This document shows positions 1 to 13,199 of a DNA stretch of 64,000 nucleotides, piece after piece. This DNA is from Felis catus (lineage: Eukaryota), in NCBI RefSeq assembly GCF_018350175.1, contig NC_058368.1:118670001-118734000 (forward strand), written 5' to 3'. A model generated the notes under the pieces. That model had not been told where the DNA came from. It worked only from the letters and a program-made list of their open reading frames with translations, and searched no databases. A program made the translations under genes and the position numbers. Position 1 is the stretch's first letter. Every line of letters begins with the position of its first letter.

Positions 1-2296
1 TGCCTATCTGCTAATCCTGAAAGAGAGGCTCGATACTGGACGATCACATAAATAAATGAACAAGCAGAAATGGGCTGGGAGAATTATTTCCCTGACCAGC
101 TCTGTGTTTCTCCTGAAATATTTATTATTTCTGATAAATTGGAGGTCCCTGGAAGAAGTGGAAAGAAGTGCTTCTGGGCCTGTTTATGTGTATGGGCTGG
201 GGGAGGGGGGGGAGTGTATTTTTTTTAAGACTAAGAATGGGATTCTCAAAGGACCTTCTCTAGCTATTTTTGGCAGAGTGTAAGGAAAGTTCATTTAAAG
301 TGACACTGCAAAGAGGACAACCACATACTTGAAAGCAAACAGGCAACTTAGCACTTTAAATTAATGGAAGCGTAGGAAAAAAATCAGAGCTCTATCCTCA
401 CTCAGCCTCGCTGCCAGACCTTCACTTACTTTCAACTCAAAGGTGTCTCTGTTCTGTGACCTTCCAGGCTTTAGGGTTAGGACAAGGCAAGACACAAGTT
501 TAGTTGAAATTTTTGCTCTGAAAAAAAAAAACAAAACAAAACAGCGACATTTCTGAATTCAAGGAACTAAATCTTTCACGTCATAAGAAACGCCCATTCT
601 GCAAGGGGAAATGCTTGGCTTCAAGCTGTTACTGCACGGCGTCTTGGAGCGCCTTTGATTTGGGTCTCCTGTTCGTACTGAGTTGTTCCACTTCTGTTGG
701 GTTAATTTTTTCAATGACTTTCCTGTTCTTTGATGTACCTCTTCCTCTTCTGAACCCAGAGTCAGCCATGGAGCTCCCTCTCAAATTCCAGGAGGAGCAA
801 AGAGAAGGATGCTATCTTTTTTCCCTTTCTTAGGGGCTGCTCCCATTTATTATGGGGTATCACAAAAGTGAGAGTGTTAACTAACAAGAACATGACTTAG
901 TTTCTTCTTTGCCAACTTTTAGCAGAGCCAGCTGTCTGTCTTTTCCTTTTCCTTTCCTTTTTTTTTGTCTCTTGCATTTCTGAATTTGAGTCATCTTTCC
1001 TTTTTTCTCGATGCATCTAGCTAAAGGTTTGTCTCTTTGGTTTATCTTTTCAAGAAATCAGCTCTTAGTTCCCTTGATCTTTTGTGTTGTCTTTTTAGTC
1101 CCCCTTTCATTTATTTCTGCTCTGGTGAACCAGACTTCTGCATTAGCCCCAGGATTGGTTTCGTTAAATTCTCTTTGTGGCTGAGCAGCAGTGATTGCCT
1201 GACTCACATTGTTTGGGGCGCTGATGCCCTCTCTTGTTGTGTCCTCTTTGCATCAAATGGTAAGCGTTATCTGTAATACTTATTTTCTTACACTGACGGG
1301 TTTCCTAACCAGTTCTAAACAACTGTTGTGGCTCAAACCTGGCAGCTGCCACGAGGCAGTCGGTGTTCATCAGTGAAAGCACAGTGACTAAGAGGCCATT
1401 TCTGGGCCCAGACAACCAGGTCTTGCTCTTGTCCCTTCTGTAACCTTACGTGAATTGTTTCACTATGCCCGAGTTTCCTCTGAAAATGGAGATTGAATAA
1501 TAGTGTTAGGAACTTTTAAATTAGCACATCAGATCCTTTTGGCTTCTCCTGTGTGTACCTCAGCCAGCAGTGCAGTAACCAGTTGTGTAGGCTGCACCCT
1601 GCTTCATGCAGTTAGAGCTTGGTGGCTTGTCACCTCATGCCCATTCCATGTGCCTCCGGCCTCTTACCTCCCACCCCGAGGAGGCATGACACATAATGGC
1701 ATCTCTACCTGCACAACCTGGAAGCAGGGGGGCCCGAGGGTAAACCTTTGACTAATGGGAGGAGGGAGCTGGGCATTCAAAACAGTAATCCTTAGCCACT
1801 CGTGAGATGGTTCCAAGAGACAGAGCAAGTGCTGGGGCTTGGACCAGCCAGTGGCTGGCTTCTCTGGTTCATTCCTCCTGAGAACCGCCTAGTAAAGTAT
1901 ATAGAGGTAAACTATAAAAGCCTTCAGCTATTTTACTCTTCTTTATGGGAAGCCTAGAGACAGCAATAGCACCTGCCTTCTTAGGGTTGTTATGAAGATT
2001 AAATGAATTAATCCACATGAAGCTCTTAAAAGAGTGTCTGGCATATAGCACACCCACCATAACTGTAAACTTGTACAATCTGTTTGAGGAATTGGGGGGT
2101 GGGGGGAGGAGGATCATGGAGCTGTGCCTTTTAAAGTGAGGGAAGATGGGGAATTGTTGAAGCAATTAAACCAAAACAAGTCATTCTTACCAAGGAAATG
2201 GATGGTCCTTTCTTCATAGTTCCATTATTGGCCAGCAGATCCCTTAGGGCTTGGTGCTAAAAACACAGCACGTGCAGTTCTTGTCCACTTGGGAGA

Positions 2297-2300
<4 letters not shown>

Positions 2301-2352
<52 letters not shown>
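2301..2352. repeat. (TG)26 microsatellite
   Basis: Direct reading. Confidence 0.97.
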
Positions 2353-2354
<2 letters not shown>

Positions 2355-3579
2355 CATCTTTGCCTTGGCTTGTTTTGGTGGTGGTTTGTGCACATCTGGC
2401 CCAAAGGGCTGACCATGGCTCTCACCCTTCCTCACAAGGTCATCTGGGAGAAAGAGCCCGTTAATTCCTGCTTTCAGGTCATACCTTACACCAGGCTTCA
2501 CACTTCCCTGTGAGTATTCAGTGCTCTTCATGAGTCAAATGCCCTGTAGAACAGTGCACCTGTTAGAAAGAAGCTCTGTGGGGTTGATTTCTATGGGAGG
2601 TGACCAACTACTCACCTTCAGCCTGCTGCTTTTTAGTGTTGCAAGGCTGATTTCATCTCAGAAATAGCTGTCTGTGCTGCAGTTTAATAGCTGTTAATTT
2701 CCTGGAGGGGAATGACACGTTATATCACGAAGACTCATCTTAGTCTGCACAGTCTGGAAATTTCCACTCCTCTTTGTGATCTTCAAAATGTTTCTCTTTG
2801 TGGGAGAGTCTGACTTCCCTTCGTTCTTACTCAGTTTCACTGCCCTCTCTGATGCCATTCCCAGATTAAACATTACCATCCTCTGTGAAAACGGTTCTCT
2901 GTGCCTGCAGGTTACCCCGTAGTACACTTGAGACACAGATTTCCCTCTGAGTTACTGAAGTCTGTATTGAGGTATTAATCTATACTCTGAGGAAAGTTGT
3001 ACGTGTATTTATCCTCATTCTGTCTTGGTAGACACTCTTGCAGCTTAAAAAGAAGGTTTGAAGAAATCGTCAGGTGGTTTGAATTTTGGTGTCCATCTTT
3101 TCTGCTTTCTCACAGGTATAGACAAGTTTTTCTTGCAGTAGTTTAGTATGCTCCTTTTTTGTTTTCAATTTGGTGGGATAAATGTAAATCATTATTTCTT
3201 GGTTCTGTGCAGTTGATGGTAGAGGAACCCAAATTGTTTGGCCTGTTGCTATATTGCAAGCTTGTGTTCTACGCATTTAGGAGTATAACAGGATTTGATA
3301 GAATAGGATCACTAATTTATAAAAGTCCGAGTGTAAGTGAGAAAATGTGATGACCTTAGGCCTCAAGAAAGAGCTGCTATATTGGGTCATTGGTTGTAAA
3401 CAGCAGAAGTCAACTGTGGCTAATAAAAAAAGAAGTGTTTTATGCAAGTATTCTGGGTCAGTCACATAACTGAAAGTAGAGTTGAACCATCAGACATGGG
3501 AAAGCAACCTCATGGGCCCTGAGGTGCCTGGTATCCTACTCTCCAACTCCATGTTCCTATGCCCTTCACTCTTCTAGAA

Positions 3580-4790
3580 GATTGTCTCAGATCTTGCTAC
3601 CTATTTTACTGAGAAATCAGGAGAACTTCCAGAAGCTACCACACCTGTGCCTGTTTCTACCTTTCATCCAGGTATGCTAGAGGAATAGTCTTGTGCTTTC
3701 ACCTAAAGGCAACCCCTGCCCTGGGGCCCTAGAGTGGATTCCTTTTTTTTTTTTTTTTTTTTTTAAGTTTATTTATTTTGAGAGAGAGTGAGAGAGTGAG
3801 CTCTGGTATGCATAGGTGTGGAGGAGGGGCAGAGAGAGAGGGAGAGAGAATCGCAAGCAGGCGCCCAGCTGTGGGTGTGGAGCCTGACTCCAGGATCGAA
3901 CTCACTAACCATGAGATTGTGACCTGAGCCGAAATCAAGAGTCAGATGTTCACCCCACTGAGCCACCCAGGGCCCCCCCCCACACCCCCCGCACTGCTTC
4001 CTGACTGCGTCCATAAGGACTTGGCTCCAACAGTTTTCCCCTCTCTCTCCTACATTATCAACTTTTCAGTCTCTGTTGAGTCTTTCCTATCAGCACGTGT
4101 TGTAATTTTTGTGATCCTTTACAAATGAAAAACAACAACCACCACCTTTCCCACTCTTGCCTCCCCTTCTAGATACCGCCCCATTTCTTTCTGCTCTTCT
4201 CAGCAGAATCTCTCAAATAGTTGTCTTTGTTACTGCTCCCAGATCCTCTCTTGAACCTACTCCACATGGGCTTTTTTACACCCACTCCTCCACTGAAAAG
4301 TGTCATGTTGGTGTTGCTAAATCCGTTTCAGACTTCCCTTCCCTGATCATTCTGAAGCTTTTCACAGTTTCTCACTCCCTCTTCCTTGAAATGCTCTCCT
4401 CACTTGGCTTCCAGGGTACCACACTCTCCTGTTTTTCCTCTTCCCTTGTGGCTGCTCCTTTTTAGTCCTGTTTGCTGTGCCCCAGGGCTCAGCCCTTGAA
4501 TCTTTAGGCCTGATCTCACCTTCCTCTTCTCCTCCTCAATGAGGCCTTGCTCTAAGATGGTAACTGCCAGCCCTTGTGCTCCCTCTCTGCTAGCATTGTT
4601 TCATTTTTTTCCTTAGCACTTATCATTATTTCATATACTCTATATACTTGTTTATTGTTGTTTTCTTCTCACTGAAATGTAAGCCCCTGAAGTCAGAGAC
4701 TTCAGTCTGCTTCTGTACTGCTATATCCTCAGCATCTAGAACAGTGCTTCGTACATAGTAGGAGGCATTCATAAATATTTATTAACTACT
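3580..4790 (+). mobile_element. L2 LINE relic (3' part), interrupted by a SINE
   Basis: ctctcctcacttggcttccagggtaccacactctcctg; 3' end cagcatctagaacagtgcttcgtacatagtagg...ataaatatttatt. Confidence 0.65.
3743..3977 (-). mobile_element. Carnivore tRNA-derived SINE (Can-SINE/SINEC)
   Basis: Poly-T, tttatttattttgagagag (GA)n, ends ...ctgagccacccagggccccc (reverse complement of SINE head). Confidence 0.9.
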
Positions 4791-6168
4791 AAGTAAAATA
4801 AGAGGTGGAAAATATCCAGGGAACTCACGGGTAGCTCCTTTGGAGCACTGCATTTGGAATGTCCTAGCTCTGATCACCTGGAATCTCTCTTGGGATTCCA
4901 TGCAGATTTACATTCCTAGTTAAAGAGAGTTCTAATACCCTCTCTTGAGTAATGCCCCCGCTTCTCTAGTGAGGCAGTAGTGGGGTTCTCAACTGACATT
5001 CTTGGTGGAACCACACATAATGAGAAAGGGGTAATCCAAGGAAAACTGGATGCCATTATTCAAAGGATGCTGGATGGGTAAAAGTACCAGGTATTCGTTG
5101 TGTTTGCTGAGACACTATTTTTTGCCTTACAGATTCCCTTTTGTATAGACCTTGGCACAAATATTAATTCTCTGGTAGATCTCCTAAGTGCCTGGGTAAC
5201 CCTGCTATGCATCATTATTTAGAAGATGGGGCCATCAGAATGATAAAAGCAGCAAACATAGCATTCTTTGATTTCCCTAATACCTCAGCTCAGTTCCCCA
5301 GAATGCTTGTTTCTCCTTCTACATGAGCTAGTACTTTATAAAAGCCTGGGGCCTCCTTTCAGAGCATGCCTTCAGAAGTGCCCTGCACCCAGGATCATCC
5401 CCAGTGGAGTTTGACCTGGAGTGGAGGTGCTGGCGCTGGCTCGGGTCAGCAACACCCAGCCCTGGGCCATTTAAACCCATGTCCTTAAGTCACCAGGCAG
5501 GTAGCAGTTTTCCATTTCAAGCATGTCTCTCCGTCTAGCTGGCTAATCAGGTTTTCTTGTTCTGTTGAGAGATAACCTTGACATTTTGCTTCTTTAAGAA
5601 CTATACTTCCTTTCTCACTAGAACTGCCACTTAACCTGCTTAGCATGGCACCCAGATGAAAGTTTTCCTCCCAAAATAGTTAGAATGTTTCACAAGATCA
5701 TTCTACCTGGCTCTAGCCAGATGTTTAATGAGGCGGAGAATGTTGGCAAGACCGTAGATTATCCTTTCCTTGTCATGTCATTAATGTGCCGTGACTCTGG
5801 ACATGAACAGGCCCATCAGAAATTGTTTTAGTCATGGTTAAGTCTGATCTTAACTCATTTGAAAAAGAAGGGAAACCTGAGGCAAATGCCTTGATACTTA
5901 CTGGTCCTTCTAATGTTCCTCCTTTGGACATGGGAATCCAAAAGTGAATCCCTGATGAACAGATCTGTAAAGGACCAGAATAATGGTTCATTTTAAAATA
6001 AAGCCAAAAGGAAACATTCCAAACTGAAGCACATTTCAGTAACAAAAAGTCCAAGTTACATGCCAGTTATTATTAAAGGAGGCTGTCCCTGTATCCATAT
6101 GCTCTTTGGGATTTGGCAGCGTGTTGAAACCAATGCTATTTGTGTTGTTGATAATCAAGAGCATCTCT

Positions 6169-6373
6169 GAGGCACCTGCATGGCTCAGTCAGTTAAGCAT
6201 CTGGCTCTTGATTTGGCTCAGGTCACAGTCTCATGGTTTGTGGGTTGGAGCCTCACATTGGGCTCTGTGCTGATGGTGCAGAGCCTGCTTGGGATTCTCT
6301 CTCCCTCTTTCTCTGCTTCTCCCCCACTCATGCTCTCTCTTTCCCAAAATAAATAAATAAACTTAAAAAAAAA
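6169..6373 (+). mobile_element. Can-SINE with TSD
   Basis: Head ggcacctgcatggctcagtcagttaagc, (CT)n, aataaa and A-tail; TSD aagagcatctct on both sides. Confidence 0.92.
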
Positions 6374-6754
6374 AAGAGCATCTCTGCTGAAGCTAGCTAG
6401 GACAGAGCTGGACTGAGAAAAAGACATGGGACAGCACTGTTAGCATCTATTTCAGCATGTATTAATTTCTTGAGCTCCTGTTATGCACACGGCACCTATT
6501 CAAGATGCAAACTGTTACTTCTCTTAGGAGGTGGTAGGAGGGAGCATTGGCCCCAAAAGATGTCCTACTCCTGTGTTGTTACAAACTCATTTTATGCACA
6601 ATCTTGAGGAAGTTTACCAAATCTTGGATTTCTTTGTCCACAAAATAGGGGAATTCTTCTTGTAGTAAAAACAAACAAACAAACAAACAAACAAACAAAA
6701 ACACGCATATACACAGACATACACATACACAGTGCAGTTAAGGCAAACAGTCTA

Positions 6755-6982
6755 GGGGTGCCTGGGTGGCTGAGTCGGTTAAGCACCCGACTTCGCTCAG
6801 TTCATGATCTCGCGATTCATGAGTTCGAGCCCCGCCTCAGGCTGTGTACTGACTGCTTAGAGCCTGGAGCCAGCTTTGAATTCTGTGTCTCCCTCTCTCT
6901 CTCTCTGCCCCTCCCTCGTTCACACTCTGTCTCTCTCTGTCTTTCAAAAATGAATACACATTTACAATTTTTTTTTTAATAA
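6755..6982 (+). mobile_element. Can-SINE (SINEC_Fc-like)
   Basis: ggggtgcctgggtggctgagtcggttaagc...gttcgagccc; degenerate TSD taaggcaaacagtcta / taaggaaaagagtcta. Confidence 0.92.
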
Positions 6983-7687
6983 TAAGGAAAAGAGTCTAGA
7001 AGGAGCTATCCACAAATAACTGTTATCTCTAGATACGTGGGTTTTCTAACGTTGGCTTCTTTATCTTTGAAATTTTATAAAATGATTATGTGTGCTATTT
7101 TTAAAAATTACCATTACTTTTAATGAATGGAGCAGCTTTTTGACTCTGAGCCCCTTTAAAATCAAAGATATCTAAGATTTTATGCACAGGACTGGCTAGG
7201 ACAAGACATGACAGTCAGTCCTGGGGTATTCTGAGATAGAATCCCTTTTGTCTGCTTTTGTTCCCAATCTTTTGTCTGCTTCGCTGCTCATTTGCATTTC
7301 TGAGAGTGGGCAGCAGAGAGAAAGAATGCATTTCAGCAATGCTGGAGATGGTAAAACTTTAACCTGAAAAGGTTTTGGGGTTTTTGTCCCCAACTAGTGT
7401 TACTAATGACTTTTAAATATACCAATTTTTGCTTTTCTCAATTCCTTACCTATCAGTTAATTGAATGTGAATTTCACTGTTACGGTATAACTAGTTTAAA
7501 AGAAAAATAACACCAAAAACTGCATTGTTTTTTGTTTCTGTATTGTGTCTTTTGGTCCTGTGTTCACGTATTGTGAGGGTCCACTCATCCACCATGGACT
7601 CCTCTCTTTTCCTCTTGTAGTCAATCTCTTCCAGCTGGTGGAACCCAGGGCTTTTCCTACCTATCTCTTTGCCCAGATGTGCCAGCG

Positions 7688-7996
7688 CAGGGGTTAGAAA
7701 ACCCTGCTGCTGATTTTTGTATGGCCTTATGTAAGTTCATGATGGTTATTTACATTTTAAAATAGTTGGAAGAAAATAAGAAGAATAGCTCATGACACAT
7801 GAAAATTATAAGAAATTTAAGTGTCAGTGTTGGTAAAGTTTTATTGGAACAGAGCCACACTTAATCATTTACATGTTATCTATGGCAGTCTCCAAATTAC
7901 ACTGGTTGGTTGAGAAGTTGCAGGAGAAACCATGTGGCTCTCAAAGCCTGAAATATTTACCGTCTGGTTCTTTAGAGAACCAGTTTGCCAACTCTG
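7688..7996 (+). mobile_element. MER58-like non-autonomous hAT element
   Basis: Termini CAGGGGTTAGAAAAC...GTTTGCCAACTCTG; internal aaagttttattggaacagagccacac and aagcctgaaatatttaccgtctgg. Confidence 0.75.
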
Positions 7997-8631
7997 TGCT
8001 AGAGACTCCTCTTCCTTGGATGTCTTTGAGCTAAGACCTGTTGAGACGTGCTAATTCATTCAAGAGATGCTTATCAAGTGCCTGCAGTGTGCCAGACCCT
8101 GTGCTAGACACAGGTATCAAAGGTGAACACGATGCCTTTTCTATTAAGAGGAACAGCCTAGAGAGGAATGTGGACATGTCCACAGGTGAACCACAGCATC
8201 TGTGTGCTGCTGCCCAGGTGTGAGGTTGGGGCTGTGGGTGCTCCCAGCGGGTGCCCTGACTATGCTGGGGAAGGCAGGAAGAGAGGAACGAGGTCTTCCT
8301 TAGGTCGTGGATAACCAAGCTTTGATAGCTTAAAGCTGCATTGTTCTACATAGGTGAGTTTTAATTGTAACACTAGAATTGTTGCATTAAAGTTCATTGT
8401 TAACTAGAATAAGAGTTGTCATAATCTTAACAAGAGAGCCTTTAACGTCTCGATTGTGCGTAAAAATTATTGCTCTGTTACGGGATCAACATTTTATAGA
8501 GCTATGTAAATAAACATCGTATAGAATGACTTTAGTTTATCATCATCGAAATTAAAATTTTCTTGTAACAATCACTGTTAGCTATGCACTTGGGAGGGGG
8601 AATAGACTTTTACATTAAAAGTGCAATTTTC

Positions 8632-8854
8632 GGGGCGCCTGGGTGGCGCAGTTGGTTAAGCGTCCGACTTCAGCCAGGTCACCATCTCGCGCTCCGTGAG
8701 TTCGAGCCCCGCGTCGGGCTCTGGGCTGATGGCTCAGAGCCTGGAGCCTGTTTCCGATTCTGTGTCTCCCTCTCTCTCTGCCCCTCCCCCGTTCATGCTC
8801 TGTCTCTCTCTGTCCCAAAAATAAATAAACGTTGAAAAAAAAATAAAAAAAAAA
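8632..8854 (+). mobile_element. Young felid SINE (SINEC_Fc-type)
   Basis: ggggcgcctgggtggcgcag...; CpGs retained; perfect 16-bp TSD taaaagtgcaattttc (8616-8631, 8855-8870). Confidence 0.95.
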
Positions 8855-9047
8855 TAAAAGTGCAATTTTCACTTGCTTTAGGTTTTTTTTTTTTTTTCAC
8901 ATATTCCTTAGTTCATTTTTAAAAAGTTAACTCTTCTGTACTAAGGATGTTTGTTTTTTGTATAAAAAGATCACTGACCCCATTCAGGCTTTCCTGAATC
9001 ATCATGTTGGGGGCTTGGTGGGGGGGTGGGCAGGGAGTTTTATTTTT

Positions 9048-9259
9048 TTTTTATTTTTTTGTAATGTTTGTTTATTTTTGAGAGAGACAGAGTGTGAGCA
9101 GGGGAGGGGCAGAGAGAGAGGGAGACGTAGAATCTGAAGCAGGCTCCAGGCTCTCAGCTGTTAGCACAGAGCCTGATGCGGGGCTCAGACTCAGGAACCT
9201 CGAGATCATGACCTGAGCCAAAGTCAGATGCCCAACTGACGGAGCCACCCAGGCACCCC
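9048..9259 (-). mobile_element. Can-SINE
   Basis: Reverse-complement SINE; TSD agggagttttatttttt. Confidence 0.92.
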
Positions 9260-9759
9260 AAGGGAGTTTTATTTTTTAATAACTGCCCAAGTGGTTTGCA
9301 TCTACACCAAAGTCTGGGAACTACTGTTACGGATCATATTGTTAAAAGATGCCTTTTTAAAAGTTACTATTACATTTCTTTTTTAAACTGTTTTCTCTTT
9401 CCTATCATCTGCTATCAGCCCATGATGTATACAGAGCTTTTTAAGGTTCCCCAAGACGATATGAAGGAATCTTGCTGATTTCCCAAAACATGGCCCCTCT
9501 CCCTCTTTCTTTCTTCTTTTCCTGGGGGGGCTGGGGGAGGAGATAGAGGAGGAATTAGAGCAAAATGTATAAAAAATCATTTAGAATATAACGTGTATTT
9601 GATATATATTTGCATGTTTTGCTGTAATTTTTCATGTGTATATAGTTATGCACACATAGGAACATATACTTTTATCACAGTCAGCATTTGACCTGTTTGT
9701 TCTCGCTCTCACATTAACACTGAAATCCTCTTTCGGCTCCCTCCCCAGTTCCTTCCCTT

Positions 9760-10230
9760 TGCCCTCCAGTGGAAAGTTAACATGAATTTTAGCATGTATC
9801 CTTTTGAACTATGTTCTGATAGTTTAAAACTGATTTTTTTCTGTGTGTGCCCAAATATAGTCATCTAGTATTTGTGTGTATATGTGTGTGTTATAATTTC
9901 CATAAATGGCATCAGAGTGTACTCTCATTTTTCAGCTTGTGTTTGTCACTCAGTTTTATCTGTTTGAGATAAATGCTAGTTCATTCCTCTAAATGCTGTG
10001 TAAATAACGCCACATATTATTTATCCCCTTTCTCCTATTGGAAAACATTTAGTTGTTGCTAATTTTTTGCCATTATAAACAATGCTGCGTTGAACATCCT
10101 TGCAGACAGCCTTTTGTGAACGTGTGAATTTTGGCATAGTGTGAACCTGGCGGTGGAACTGGGGGGATGCACACAGCTTCTTTCCTTTTTATAGACGTGG
10201 CCAAATTATTCTCCATAATGACTGAGTCTG
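9760..10230 (-). mobile_element. Old L1 (L1ME-type) fragment
   Basis: tttttgccattataaacaatgctgcgttgaacatccttg is a typical antisense L1 3' region motif. Confidence 0.6.
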
Positions 10231-13199
10231 CGTATATGCCTGACATACTTTTCATCTGGAGCCATAGACTGATAAAGTTACAGAATCCTTCCCATGGCAC
10301 CTCTGGGGTTTCAGGCGGTGCCATAAGTTCTCTGCATTATGTTTGTGGGAGTCGCTAAACTACCATCTAACCTGAACTGTAAAAGATTTAAAATGCAGAA
10401 TTTAGGCTTAACGGAGGTTGGAGTGGAGGTGGTAGCATGCAGGCCTAGAATGCCAAGGAGGAAAAAAGAACCAAAGGAGTGAATCTCTTCGTGGAGTGCT
10501 GGGCCGGCTGGTGTGACACCACCCAGGAAGATCTGACATAGACACGTCCCAGCAACTCGACTTGTTTCTCTCCTCACCAAGGGGGCCTCAGCAAGTCCTC
10601 TTTATTCTAAAACCTAAGGGCTCCTGACCTGTGCCTCATCCTCCATGAAATAGCCCCACATCCTGGAGACTCAGCAGCTGCAGGCCCAACTCTCAAAGGC
10701 CTCAGTGTACCTGACTTGGCTCCAGGGGCTCCTGGCTTAAACAGGTTGCCGTGGCTGTGGAGCACCTTTTATGGACTGCAAAGGCTCCGCTGACTTCTTC
10801 GTGCAGGTCTCTTTTGAGGATGAATCTGAAGTTGCTAACTGGTGTGAGGAATGTCTAGAAGCAAAATGTAAAGTCTGTCTTCCGGACTTGGGATCTGCAT
10901 AGCCATCTGGACCCCCCTGAGGGATCTAAGGCCGGGAATACTCACTGCTCTGTGGCTTCTCAGTAGTGGGGAGGGGGCTGTAGCTGTTGATGCCTGGTCT
11001 CCTCTTCTGGAGTGCAGGCTGAGCACATCTCTCCTTCCCCAACAGTGTTTGCAAATCGTATTCATAAGGACCTGATTGCCTCTCACCTTTGCTGCCAGTC
11101 TCTAAAGGCCAACTAGTTTAAGCTTGCCCTTTCATAGGTTTTACCACCACTGAAGTATACCAACGCATGACTCCGTTTCCTGCCTCCTGTGAATGGACAG
11201 GAAGTGGAAGGAAGGAAGGAAGAAAACTAATGAAGAGAAAAAAAAAGTCTTAACCAAGACTAGGTTCCTGCATACCCAGCCAATAACATTATCGTCACTC
11301 AGTAAAAAAGTAAAGTTGTAGGTCAAGTAAGCCGGGACCCCAATATGATGTGTCAAGCAGGGCTCGAACTGGGATGAGACAAGAGGGACACCTGGGGTGC
11401 AAAATTGAAGGCGGCAATGACTTTTAAGATCCTGAGAGTAAGCGCCTCTTTATGTTTAAAGAAGGAGAATTTAAAGAAGTGCTGAAGAGGTGCTTGCTCT
11501 CAGGCTTGTTACAGATGGTCACCTCCCAGGTCTCTGTTGCCTGACCCTCATCCGGGCCCTGGGTGGGTTCAAATTCCCCTTTTGGGCTTTTTGGTACCAT
11601 GCGGACCTGAGTCCTTCCTCATGTTTTCCTCAGGTATGGGCAGTGACTGGCAGTCACTAGAGAATAGAGATGGGTTCAGTCTGTCTTTAGTTGGCTATCT
11701 CTGCTGCATCTGGAATTTCATAGCAGGCAGTGGGAAAAGGGGGTTTCAGATACAGAACTTCGGTGTAGAGAGACCTTTTCAGGAATGTGTTTGTTGCAGT
11801 TTAGCATGGATAATTTAAAATTGCCACCCCCCAACACACACACACTAATTGAAAGCTGGCTGTGTGCGCCACTGTGGCAAAATAGAAACAGGTGGATCTG
11901 ATCTGCTGAGGAATTGGGGAAGTAACTTCCAGACCTCTGCCCCCACTGGGCTATGTAAGTACTTTGCGGCTGGCTGGTGAAAGGAACCAGTTGGTTCAAG
12001 GAATCAATCCTCCATTCAGGCACATTATCTCCTTACCATACTCTGCAAATTTGGACCCCAAAGGTAACGTACAGCTAAACTGAGCAAGAATAATATTGGC
12101 CATGGAAAAGGTCCTGGGATTATCATATGATCTTATCACAGGTTTAATTTTTCCTTGGTTCCTCAAAACCAGTGCTGCAGAAGACCTTCCCCTCCTTTAA
12201 TATAGCTTCTGTTGGGACTACTAAGAAAATTGGGCACATATGAGTGCAAAGTCAGCTAGGGATGAGTAAAAGGCAGGTGGGTGGGGAGAACACAAGGGAT
12301 CTATATAGTTACAACAAAACAAGTTAGGTTGGGTAAGCCTATGAAAAAACTGTTTTTTTTATCCTGCTCTACTGTGAAGTAAGCATCTTTCCTGTTACAG
12401 CAGAAACCCCCTTTCCCCTTCTCTGTTTATTACTGTTTGCCTATAAGGCCTTCACTTGAGCCTTTGCTACCAGGCTAAGGCTGTTCTGTCTTTGCACTTA
12501 GCATGGGAGAAAGGAAGATGAGGAGATCACCCAGGAAGCTCTGTTTGCTGTTTCAGAGTTAACTGTGGTGTGCAGCTAATTTGATTATCACATTTAACCA
12601 AAAACACCTGCAGGGACTGCCAGACAGAGTATAGCCAGCCTGGTATTATGGGCCTCATACAAACCCTTACCACTGTCAGACTGGATTAAATGGTTATGTT
12701 TTTTTTTTTTTTAAAAAACATAAGTGCCTCATTCAGGCCTCTGAGCAAGTATTTACATCATCTTGGTGACTCCTTGGAATAGAAGATGCACGGAGGACCT
12801 GCTTTGCCTTTGGACTCATGTCCCTGTGGCCTTAGTGTAGTGTTTGTGAAACTGACCCGGTGGTGCATCATGTCTAGGGAAAATGAGCTTGTTTAATGTC
12901 AGCTTCTCATGGCCTGGGCCTAGAGGTAGGAGGTAAGATACAGAAGTCTCTCAGCACCCAAAACCTGGGCTCATATTGCCCCATGTTCTCTTCTCTCCTT
13001 TTGAACGACAAGGTCAGCAGTCACCTAGCCTCAGGACATTTGGATGGGAAGAGCTGTGAAGCCCTAGGTGTGTGACCTAGCTTTGGATAATGGGGCACTT
13101 GGAACTACTCCAGTGGAGTTCAGATGGCAGTTCCAGTAAGGGAGTATCTGTCCTTGTTACCTGTAAGACAGAAGTTGGCCTGATTTGTGTAAGACTGAT

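Noticed and set aside
11358..11452. Possible MER96-like hAT fragment
   Set aside because: Only partial resemblance from memory; second terminus not found
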